NCBI GenBank assembly: GCA_951406725.2
Contig: OX597819.1
Location: 62,806,001-62,870,000 of the forward strand
Direction of reading: 5' to 3'
DNA length: 64,000 nt
Source: Octopus vulgaris
Taxonomy: Eukaryota
Shown here: positions 53,883 through 64,000 of the stretch, piece after piece
Layout: each line of letters starts with the position of its first letter
Numbering within the stretch: position 1 is the stretch's first letter
Position numbers and translations under genes: made by a program
The notes under the pieces: generated by a model
Database searches by the model: none
What the model was told of the DNA's origin: nothing
What the model saw: only the letters and a program-made list of their open reading frames with translations

Positions 53883-54953
53883 GCTCAAAAACCAAAACAA
53901 AGCTGAAATTTACGACAAATGGTTAAACTCCTTCCCTATCATACTACCCCGAAAATTCCAAATCAAACACATCCCAGACGAACCTGAAAAACAACGCTCC
54001 CTAAGAGAAAAACTAACATTGGAAAAAATGAAAACCGAAGTAGAACTTCTAAAACTCAGAGCACAAAACCACGAACAAAAATACACAAAAATAGACGATG
54101 AGATACTTCTAGAACTAACCTCACACACCAACGAACAGCCCCTCGAACTTGTTATTAAACTATGGAAAGATGAATGTGAAAAGGAAGAACGAATCTCCCT
54201 TAAACGCTGGGAAAACAACAAAGATTTCTTCCTCAACTATGAAACACAATTCATATTAAACCATACATCCAAAAACCCATTCATAAAAGTACCCACAACA
54301 CAGACTTCCACTGTACCCCATAAACACCATTCCAAACCGCACCTCAAATACACATACTCTCCAAACCCCCTCCTAACAGGACACAACCTCCCCCAACCAT
54401 ATAAAAAACCTTTTCCCCCCCGAAACATCTCAAACAAGATCCACCACAAAACCTGGTTTTCCAATCACTCTAACACCCCTCCCCCACCGATTAGAACCTT
54501 CAAGAACCTCCCATACACTAGAAATTACCCCCCCTCAAGGCTCCCCTCCCTCACACTAATAACAAACAAGGCATCCTACCCACACCGATACATATAATAC
54601 CCACCCAACGAACCCCCTATAGTCCACCCATCCAACAACCACATTCCTACCACATCTCCTACAGATCTCCAAACCCTCACATCCCACACGAACCCAATCA
54701 CCACAACTACATACCCCCCTACATCCCCCCATACAATCTAACAGACACACACCCACAAACCCATCGCATTTCTCACAAATCCTTACACCATCGCATCCCA
54801 TACCAACACAAATACGACAACTACCTACCCCCCTCCAACCTCCCCACCCAAAAACACTCCTACACATCCAACCAGAACTTTAACACAGAATACACCCCTT
54901 ACCTCAACAACCCTTTTTTAGACAGAGGGGAAAAATACAAACACCCCCGCTAA
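53883..54953 (+). CDS. PLE ORF1 (5'-truncated; charged helical region then Pro/His/Thr-rich region; probable 1-nt indel near 54530)
   Basis: The frame of ORF 53830-54597 overlaps another frame open from 54522 to 54953 (...QGILPTP...NNPFL...). Confidence 0.55.
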
Positions 54954-57232
54954 CACAGACCCAAAATAAGAAAACAAAAATTATAAACCTCTCCAGCAAA
55001 ACACTGACACCAACCCAAATCAACATCCTAGCAAGAGGTTTGAAATTCACACCCACCCCAAGAACACCCAACCCCCCGGAGGTCAAGGATGACGTTTCTG
55101 AATTCTGCAGAAAACTTCGCCTAACAGAAGCTTTGACAGATATCAACAATGGGGACGATTCATTGATCAGAAATAAAAGCAACTTCCTACCACCAAAAGG
55201 GAGAAATAAAACACTGGACGATTTCTGCAAACACATCCAGAGTCTCCCCTTTACCCCAAGCAAAACCAAGGTAAAATCCAATTTCAGTAAGGAAGAATGG
55301 GAAAACCTACGTGACATACAACTGGATAAAAACCTCACCATCAAGGAAGCGGACAAAGGGAGTGCTGTGGTCCTTATGGACACGGAATTTTATAAACACC
55401 TAGTGTTTTCCATGCTTAACAATAACATTTTCTATGAGGTTATTAACAACTACAAACAGCAAAAAACAATCAGAAACCTCACCACACTCATACGCCAACA
55501 CGGTCAGGGACTCACAGAAAAAGAAAGGGATTATATCACCATTTTCAAAAGCAAGCCCAGCCTTTTTTATGGCCTTCCTAAAATCCATAAAAACAAATAC
55601 ATCACCGAAGCCTGCAAACTCTCCACTGACATCCACATCAACATCAAAGAACCGGAGGACCTAAAACTAAGGCCCATCGTGGCTGGTACCTCCTGTGAAA
55701 CACACCGCCTGAGTAACCTCCTAGACATCCTCTTGAAACCTTTCCTTACCCACATCAAAAGTTTCATTAGGGATGATCTGGACATGCTCAAACACCTCCC
55801 GAAAACAGTTAACGAGGAGGCACTCCTGGTATCCTTTGATGTCATCAACCTCTACACCAACATTCCACATGAGTATGGTATAGAGGCAATTGACTTCTGG
55901 CTAGAAAAACACCCAGAGACATTCCCTGACCGCATTAACAAGTCTTTTATTACAGAATCTCTCAAGTTCATTCTGACAAACAATTTTTTTCTCTTCGACG
56001 ACACACACTACCGTCAAAAATGTGGCATTGCGATGGGTACCAAGGCTGCACCAGTCCTTGCGAACCTCATAATGGGTTACTTCGAACTGTCACTCTATGA
56101 AATATCAAGCCAGAAATTTGGACATGTTTTCCACACCTACCTAATGGAAAACTGGAAAAGGTATTTAGATGATTGTTTCATCATATGGAAAGAACCTTAT
56201 GAAAAACTCCTGGAATTCAAAACCATACTAAACAACATACATCCCAACATCCAATTCACTATGGAATTAAGCAAACATCATCTCCCATTCCTTGATCTCC
56301 TAATTATAAAAACACCTAAGAACCAAATCATAACAGACATCTACCACAAACCTACAGACTCACAACAATACCTCCTCTTTAGTTCATGCCACCCAAAACA
56401 CACCAAAACAAATATCCCTTTCAATTTAGCTAAAAGGGTATGCACCATTGTCTCGGATCCAAAAACACGAGAAATACGCCTCCAAGACCTCAAAAAAACA
56501 CTATTACAACGTCAATATCCCTCCACCCTTATAGAGTATGGAATAAAACGCGCCAAAGAACTAGACAACACTACACTGAAAACCACCCAACCTAACACCA
56601 CACACAACCTCAAAATACTTCCATACATTTCCACCCACAACCCCAAAAATATCGAAGCATACACCACAATCATACAAAACCTCAGTCTACTGTCAACAGA
56701 CCCAAAAATGAAAAACATTATAAATACACACAAAATCCTCAAATGCAAAAGGCAACACAAATCTTTAAAAAAACTCTTGACAAATGCCAAACTTCATACA
56801 CCACATCCACCCCCAACAGTAAAAAAATGTGCACGCTCAAACTGTGGTACCTGCCCCTTTCTACTTGAAGGCTTTGAATTTACCTTCAAACAAGGTACGA
56901 AGTTTAAAATCAAGACTAATTTCTCCTGTTCCTCCGAGAACCTTATCTACGTTCTCACATGCGCTGGTTGCCAACATAATTATGTTGGACAAACGAGTCT
57001 CCCGTTACGTAAACGAGTAACGGTGCATAAAGAACAAATAAATCTCCCGGAATACCGACAAATTCCACTGAGTGACCACTTAGACTCATGTGCTAAAGAC
57101 TTAAACCCCAAATTCTATATATTCCCCTTCTACCAATGTAAAGACGGGATCACCACACAGGAGAGAATTAACAAGGAGAATCTCTTTATTGAAAAATTCC
57201 AAACACAACTTAATATGCAAACTCCTCGTTGA
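54884..57232 (+). CDS. Penelope-like reverse transcriptase + zinc knuckle + GIY-YIG endonuclease
   Basis: IINLS..GLKF, ADKG, YGLPKIHK, LRPIV, SFDVINLYTNIP, GIAMGT, RYLDDCF, LPFLD, SCHP, CxxxxCxxC, NLIY..C..C..YVGQT, RxxxH; frame is open from the stop at 54881-54883 to TGA at 57232. Confidence 0.92.
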   Translation, partial: HRIHPLPQQPFFRQRGKIQTPPLTQTQNKKTKIINLSSKTLTPTQINILARGLKFTPTPRTPNPPEVKDDVSEFCRKLRLTEALTDINNGDDSLIRNKSNFLPPKGRNKTLDDFCKHIQSLPFTPSKTKVKSNFSKEEWENLRDIQLDKNLTIKEADKGSAVVLMDTEFYKHLVFSMLNNNIFYEVINNYKQQKTIRNLTTLIRQHGQGLTEKERDYITIFKSKPSLFYGLPKIHKNKYITEACKLSTDIHINIKEPEDLKLRPIVAGTSCETHRLSNLLDILLKPFLTHIKSFIRDDLDMLKHLPKTVNEEALLVSFDVINLYTNIPHEYGIEAIDFWLEKHPETFPDRINKSFITESLKFILTNNFFLFDDTHYRQKCGIAMGTKAAPVLANLIMGYFELSLYEISSQKFGHVFHTYLMENWKRYLDDCFIIWKEPYEKLLEFKTILNNIHPNIQFTMELSKHHLPFLDLLIIKTPKNQIITDIYHKPTDSQQYLLFSSCHPKHTKTNIPFNLAKRVCTIVSDPKTREIRLQDLKKTLLQRQYPSTLIEYGIKRAKELDNTTLKTTQPNTTHNLKILPYISTHNPKNIEAYTTIIQNLSLLSTDPKMKNIINTHKILKCKRQHKSLKKLLTNAKLHTPHPPPTVKKCARSNCGTCPFLLEGFEFTFKQGTKFKIKTNFSCSSENLIYVLTCAGCQHNYVGQTSLPLRKRVTVHKEQINLPEYRQIPLSDHLDSCAKDLNPKFYIFPFYQCKDGITTQERINKENLFIEKFQTQLNMQTPR
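54914..54948 (+). promoter_or_regulatory. Candidate -1 ribosomal frameshift signal (U UUU UUA + GGGG/CCCC stem)
   Basis: Heptamer 54914-54920 is in X XXY YYZ phase of the upstream frame; a -1 slip enters the RT frame; 6-nt spacer, then GGGG...CCCC. Confidence 0.6.
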
Positions 57233-57863
57233 TCAAACTTCCTTTCTCTACCTCACTCTTCATGGATGGACTAACACAAATATATAAAGATACCATGCAT
57301 TCATCACTTCAAGCTAAAACTTATATTCTTTAAATATCATTTTTACTATTGTTGTTATTACTATCATTTTTATTATAAATGATATGACAATTTGAAATGC
57401 AATTGTCTATGCAGATTTATATAATTAGAAAATAATATAAATAAAGTGTTAAAATCTGAAAGTTAAGTTAACAAGCAATTTTATATAAAAAAGATAACGC
57501 AAATGAAGCTAAAATGATAATTTTATAATTTGGGTTTTATTGAAGAACTCAAAAGAGTTGTCTCCCCTTACTCACAACACAGGAACTGAAGAACCAGGAC
57601 CACAATTACTACTACTTCCTGTCCTGCAAACATGCTGAATTTAACAACACAACACATGCTCTTAATCCCTTTGGATCTTAACACCTCAAGGTAATTTTTT
57701 CGTAAACAACCATAAAACTCAAGATACACAACGAACTCACAATGTATCGGAGAACTTATTTTTTAATTTTTTGTACATTTTTATCATTATTCTTTTACAA
57801 AAAACAATGCAATTTTCTTTTTTTCCCCTTTCTAATTTTTAAAAAAATTTTTTAAAACATAAA

Positions 57864-57904
57864 TATTCTTGACAAGTCATACAATGACGAAAACCGGTTG
57901 AATA
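57864..57904 (+). ncRNA. Hammerhead ribozyme variant with U3:A8 core in the PLE 3' UTR
   Basis: TATTC-TTGACAA-GTCAT(ACA)ATGAC-GAAA(A)-CCGG-TT-GAATA; stems I and II pair perfectly; one extra A. Confidence 0.6.
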
Positions 57905-58571
57905 AATATATACTTATATATTTTATCAATTTCTCATTTTATTAAAATTTTCTTTCATTTGAGCATTCTGCATTTAAAAAAAAATTTTTCCTTACTATAT
58001 ATATATATATATATATATAGGTTTAAGAGACAGAATCACTCTCAAGCAACTCAATCATCATTGAATGACATTATCCTCAATATGTACATATAGGACTAAA
58101 TATTAAAATTATCAAAATTATTACCTACAATTCTTATTCCAATTTATCAAAATTAATACCTTCAAGTCTTATTTCAAATCATATACTTTACATTATATAA
58201 AATACGCGCGTTACATGACAACATATTCTTCGATATTGCTGAAATAGAATGTTTCTAAATACAATGCAATATTAAAACGATTATATTGCTAGTCTTCAGG
58301 TCTAACTTATATGAACTTATTTTGCTATTTACATCCTACATAAAGACATGACAAATTAAAAGTATATAACTAGATGCTGGTTGGAATAATTTTACTTTTG
58401 TAAAAATGGAATAACTTTCTAATAATTTTACTGAAGTAAAATTATTCAAACAACTTTTAGTTATATAATTTTTGGTGTCCTGTACCCATATATGCATGTA
58501 AATATACATATAGATGTAGGTACGTACATATATGTATGTATATATGCATATGTTTTATTTATTATTTTGTT

Positions 58572-58676
<105 letters not shown>

Positions 58677-58893
58677 GGAAGAAATGCAGACAGGTGAAAG
58701 AGAGCTCGAGAGAAACATTAGTTGAAAATGAAATATGAAGTAAGTATAATGAAAAAGAGATTCAGTGAAGCGTAAGCAAACGTAATTATCTGTCATTCAT
58801 ACAGGCATACACATACATGCGGACACAGACATATTGATAAACAGAAAACAAAACAATAAATAATACTGAAAATTAGAGCATTATCTTGATTAA

Positions 58894-59460
58894 TTGTCGT
58901 CTGGTTAGTCGTCTGGAAGTTGTTGATGGAGATATTTTGATGATAAACTGGATATTCTGTTGAGATATATCTAAGACTATTTGAGTAAGTGAAAGTCTCG
59001 AGCCAAACTCCGAAATAATTATATTAAATCCCTTCAAAATTTAATCATGTTTTAGCATTTAATGATAGCAAGAAATTTCCTGGCCGTCATCTCTACAATC
59101 CGGAGCCGAAGATAAGGTTTTGTTGTATGTTGGGAAGGTCGTTATGTCAATAATAAACGTGAGATTATTATTGGCATAATGATCGTCCTAAATACACCAA
59201 ATCTGTTTCATTACACGAGTTCACTTCAAGAATCTTTCAAATCAAATACAAAAATGAAATAAGGTCAGGTTTGCTTTCTTAAAATGTTGACGATAAAGAC
59301 CATTATGAGACCCGTCCCTGCAACTTTATCATCACTTCCTTGGATGAGCCATAGGGAAGCGTCAAGTTATAAAATCTGGTGTTCATTTATGAAGAAATGT
59401 TCGCAAATTGCCGTGTATTCTCTGGTGGCAACCAAGGCTTTCTAGAAGAGGGATTTAGAC
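58894..59460 (-). pseudogene. Heavily decayed Naiad-type RT relic
   Basis: Minus-strand remnants SKSLF*KALVATREY, GL(Y)RDDG at about 59084-59103 and NSLRYIS, in the expected order. Confidence 0.5.
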
Positions 59461-59494
59461 GTAGAATAATAACAGTTGAAGATGAAATGTGAAA

Positions 59495-59650
59495 GGAGCG
59501 GCTGTGTGGTATGTAGCTTGCTTACCAACCGCATGGTCCCAAGTTCAGTCCCACTGCGTGGCACCATGTGTTAGTGTCTTCTACTATAGCCTCGGGCCGA
59601 CCAAAGCCTTGTGAGTGGATTTGGTAGCCGGAAACTGGAAGAAGCCCGTC

Positions 59651-59712
<62 letters not shown>

Positions 59713-59893
59713 TTGTCTCCCCCCCCAACGTCCCTTGACAACCGACGGTGGTGTTTTCACGTCCCCGGTTCGGCAAAAGAGACCGATAGAATAAGTTCTA
59801 GGCTTACAAAGAATAAGTCCTGGGGTTGATTTGTTCGACTAAAGGCGGTGCTTCAGCATGGTCGCAGTCAAACAAGTAAAAGAGTAAAAGAGT
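59495..59893 (+). mobile_element. SINE family A
   Basis: Full head, internal microsatellite and tail structure. Confidence 0.85.
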
Positions 59894-60165
59894 AAGTATA
59901 ATGAAAAAGAGATTCAGTGAAGCGTAAGCAAACGTAATTATCTCTCTTTCATACAATCAAAAACATACATGCAGACACACACATATGGATAAATAGAAAA
60001 AAAACAAAACAATAAGTAGTACTGAAAATTAGAACACTACCTGAATTCACATATCACATTGTTTTTAACGGAATGGATCTACAGCATTTTTCTAATTTCG
60101 TAATATTTCTAATGTCGAGATTGATATGGGAGAGTATGACAAGAGGTTCTCTCCGTTGCCTTCTA

Positions 60166-61394
60166 TTAGGTTGTTCCGAAAATAATGACTGATTTCAGAA
60201 ACATAATTTTTTGACTAGTCAAAGTATGAGCCGTGAACCTCTATGCATCTTTGCCATCAATAAACGAGATTAGTTATGCCACGTTGATAAAAACTTATTG
60301 GCTTTGTTGCTAAGAAATCTTTGAAAGCTCATTCTACCTCTAGTTTGTACCTGAAAGTTTTATAATTTAAAAACGTGTTTAAATGCTTTAAACAAATGGT
60401 AGTCAGTGGGTGAAAGGTCAGGATAATATGGAGGATGTGATAAAGTCTCGTATGCCAAATCTGTGAGTTTCTGCAGATTCATTCTTGCAACATGTGGCTT
60501 TGCATTATCGTCGAGTAGAAATGGGCCATGCCGATTCACCAATGCAGGTCTCATGTTTTGCAAGTGAGCATGCAATTCAGCGAGTTGATTGCAGTAAACC
60601 TCTGCTGTAATGCTCTGATTGGCTTCTAGAAAGCTGTAATGGACAACACTAATTGCAGATCACCAGGCAGTCACCGTAATCTTTTGCTGATGCAACTTTG
60701 GCTTTCGGAAATGTTTGGGGGAATCATCACGATGAAGCCATTGACCCGATCGTTTATGGTAATCATACAGGATCAAATTTTCGTCACAAGTGACTATTCG
60801 TTCAAGAAAAGGATCATTGGTGTTTCGCAGAAAGAGCATCAAGGCATTCCAAATGCCATACATTTTGACTTTCATTGAGCTCATGCGGTACTCATTTATC
60901 GGGCTTTTTCACCTTACCAATCTTCTGCAGATTGCATAAGACCGTTGCAATACCGACACCGAGTGCCTGAGACATTTCTCTGAGACTTTGACGTGGGTTT
61001 TGCTCAGCAATTGCTTTCAATTGTTCGTTGTCAAGATTGCATGACCGTCCTCTACCTTCCTCTTCAAGGCTCTCATCGCGACTACGGAATTTCGGAAACC
61101 ACCTTCGTACTGTGCGATCATTTATGTCTCCTTCTCCCCATGCTCTGTTGATATTAGCAGCAGTTTGGGAGGTATTGTGCCCAAGCTTAAACTCATGCAA
61201 GACAAATAAGCGAAGGTCCTTTTTTATCATGTTTATAATTAAGGGTGCTTATGCTCCAAGGTTTTCTGTCGGAAATAAGTAGAAAATTATTAAATAGCAT
61301 ACATCAATTATTAAGTATGCCAAAGTGGAACTATGATAAAATTGTGTTTCAAAGCGCAACATTTAGAGAGGCCATTATTTTCTGAACAGCCTAA
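60166..61394 (-). mobile_element. Full-length decayed mariner (DD34D, Hsmar1/cecropia-like)
   Basis: TIRs TTAGGTTGTTCCGAAAATAATGAC / TTAGGCTGTTCAGAAAATAATGGC with TA TSDs; transposase remnants: HTH, (W)VPHEL, IVTCDE, DNAKPH, HPPYYPDLSPTDYHLF. Confidence 0.92.
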
Positions 61395-62157
61395 TATTTT
61401 GAGTATTGAGACTAACTCAATCGTTAGAATTTTTTTGGTATCTTATATACTCTGAGTCCATAAATTATCTTTACAAGTTGAAAAATTCAGAAGAGATGAA
61501 AAGTAAGGATATATCTACAGACTTTATTAGAAAATATAGGCAAAACGATAAAGTTTTATTAGAAACATCACAAGACTTCCACGTGGACTATATTGGCTGC
61601 AAAGAAGTCGATTGATGGATCTCAGCTTTAGTAGATCCAATAAATGGTGGATGCTGTAAAGATAATTCACGTAGCAGTTGTTTTTCCCTTTATGCCTTAG
61701 TGACGTTACTTGTCACGTGTTTTTCCTGCTTGTAGCATTTAGGTTTCACTGCAATGATATAAACGTTGGTATGTTGCTTGAAGAATTTTTATATAGTAGA
61801 TCGAGATATGAAGGAAGAAATTGTGTTGAAATTTTATATGCTTACTGTATTGATAAGACGAAAATTGGTTTGATGGAGTGTCCCGCTAATCTCTTTTCTG
61901 TTTTTCGTACAAGAAGGCATTTCTCGCAAGGACTTTATGACGCTTCTTTCCACCGAATAAAAATGGCGGTTTTCTGTCTTCAACAACTTGGTCTCACCTT
62001 GTGAATAGGAATCAACAGGATTGATACGGTTAGATATTTGTAGAGAATACAAATTAGACTTTAAAATTATACTGTAGAAATTCATGTGAGTTAGATTGTA
62101 TGTAGTTTTGTATAAGCGAATGCGTGTTTATATATTGAATATATATAGTTATGATTG

Positions 62158-62236
<79 letters not shown>

Positions 62237-62309
62237 GTGGTGATGCTCCAGTATGACCACAGTCGCACAGCTGAAACCAGTAAAAAATTAAAGAACAAAA
62301 GAATACATG

Positions 62310-62347
<38 letters not shown>

Positions 62348-62716
62348 TTTATGTGTTATATATATGTATATATGTTATATGTTACATATATATATATATA
62401 TGTATATATGTTATATATATACATATGTGTTATATATATATATATATATATATATATGAGCACATACCTATATAGTGTGATATAAGCATATACACATACA
62501 TACATTTGATTTGATTGGCCTTATTGATACAAAATTGCAGTCTTGCATGATTTGTGTATTTGTAAATTAATGCAAATATATGGATTTATGCATATGAATA
62601 TATACACATACACATGCACACAAGAAGAAACGTATGTATGTATGAATGTGTGCGTGTATATATATATGTATTATATGTATATATGTATATATATATAGAT
62701 AGATAGATAGCTAGAT

Positions 62717-62756
<40 letters not shown>

Positions 62757-63392
62757 ACATATATATATATGTGTGTGTGTGTGTGTGTATATATACACAT
62801 GAACACATTATGATACCGTATTGTGCTATATATATGAAACACGTATACACATTTGAATATTTTCATGTATGACCGGGAGGTGTATATGTGCGTATGTAGA
62901 TTCCTGATATGAAAAATACATTATTGGGATCATTTTGATAACAATACATCTAACTAGAATCTATTATAAATCTAGTCCTGAATTTTGTAAATTAGCAGAG
63001 AAGAATCGCGAACAATCTCTACATATAACAATGTTACAGCTTTCAGAATCGTGACTGGATGTTCGCCAGGCACCATTTTTAGGTTGTTATAAATATGGAT
63101 GAAGCCTTATATTTTAAAGAGATAGTCACATCTGCACTAACACTATAAAGAGACTTTGTGTTGGGCCCTCAGATGTTTTTTTATCATTATCTTTATGCTT
63201 CTTATTCTAATTGTAGAACATACACGTAGCTATACTAGATGAAATGGTTATAACCAGTTGAACCTAGTTAAGATTTTCTTGGTTTTGTGTGGATGGAAAT
63301 AAGGTGTGCGGTTTAACCACTGAATCCGTTTCCACAGAACACTTGAATGTATATCTGTTAATTCTACGCATGTCTACATGTTCACCATAGAT

Positions 63393-63436
<44 letters not shown>

Positions 63437-63586
63437 GAGGCATATATTTATATACATACACTAGTCTCACACTAGAATAAGTACTGGGTCGATTTGTCCG
63501 ACTAAAGGCGTGCTCCAGCATGGCCGCAGTTAAAGATTGAAACAAATAAAGGAATAAAAGAATATATATATATATATATATATATG

Positions 63587-63720
63587 AGTGGTGGGCACCG
63601 TTAATCGAAAATTTAACTTTGTTAATCGTTAATCCGTTAATTCTTTGAAAATGTAACGGAAGTTAACGTTAATCCGTTTACATTAAATTTTATTGAAAAA
63701 ATGTATAACTACAGTTTAAT
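63587..63720 (+). mobile_element. Possible terminus of a hAT-like non-autonomous transposon
   Basis: AGTGGTGGGCACCG start followed by repeated (C)GTTAA subterminal motifs; the other end is not visible in the window. Confidence 0.35.
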
Positions 63721-64000
63721 ACCCCGCCGACCTTGTTGCCTCATAACTTCCAGAAAAATGGAGGAAGGCGAGGAAGGGGAGGAAGATGAGGAAGGGGTAG
63801 AAGGGGAGGTGGAGAAGATATAGATTACGATTACAAAGGTTTTGTAGGCAAAATGTTTGGAAGGGAACTGGTGTTGGTGTTGGTGGCCGGGAAGGAGTTT
63901 CTAGAAAACGGAGTTTCAGATCAGACGGCCCACGTGATTTGGAAGCTCCCTGTTTTGACGAAGATATTTTCCAATGTCTACGAACAAAAAGTAAAAAATA

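Larger units (their letters stand above)
53883..57995 (+). mobile_element. Neptune-type Penelope-like retroelement (ORF1 + RT/GIY-YIG + 3' UTR with HHR)
   Basis: A/C-rich sense strand, open RT-EN ORF, HHR-like motif near the 3' end, terminates in (TA)n. Confidence 0.85.

Overview
AT-rich, microsatellite-saturated animal genomic DNA. The SINE/repeat landscape looks like Octopus (inference). No host protein-coding exon could be supported; most short ORFs in the track are translated (TA)n/(CA)n/trinucleotide repeats. The window holds Penelope-like retroelements (PLEs): a near-intact Neptune-type RT+GIY-YIG element at about 53883-57995, a 5'-truncated Naiad-type element at about 41832-43700, and two more Naiad relics. 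It also holds Hero and R4/Dong LINE tails, a Helitron helicase relic, a full-length decayed mariner, a maT relic, several MITEs and four tRNA-derived SINE families. The most interesting layer is RNA-structural. Several unrelated hammerhead-ribozyme (HHR) motifs are present. They include a 364-nt, hairpin-dense tandem unit with an HHR (retrozyme/circular-RNA-like, 52792-53412), a palindromic double HHR (45497-45723), and HHRs with the compensatory U3:A8 core. The Neptune RT ORF has no upstream ATG and is entered through an in-phase U UUU UUA slippery site, suggesting a programmed -1 ribosomal frameshift. All calls are by eye; coordinates of degenerate repeats are approximate.
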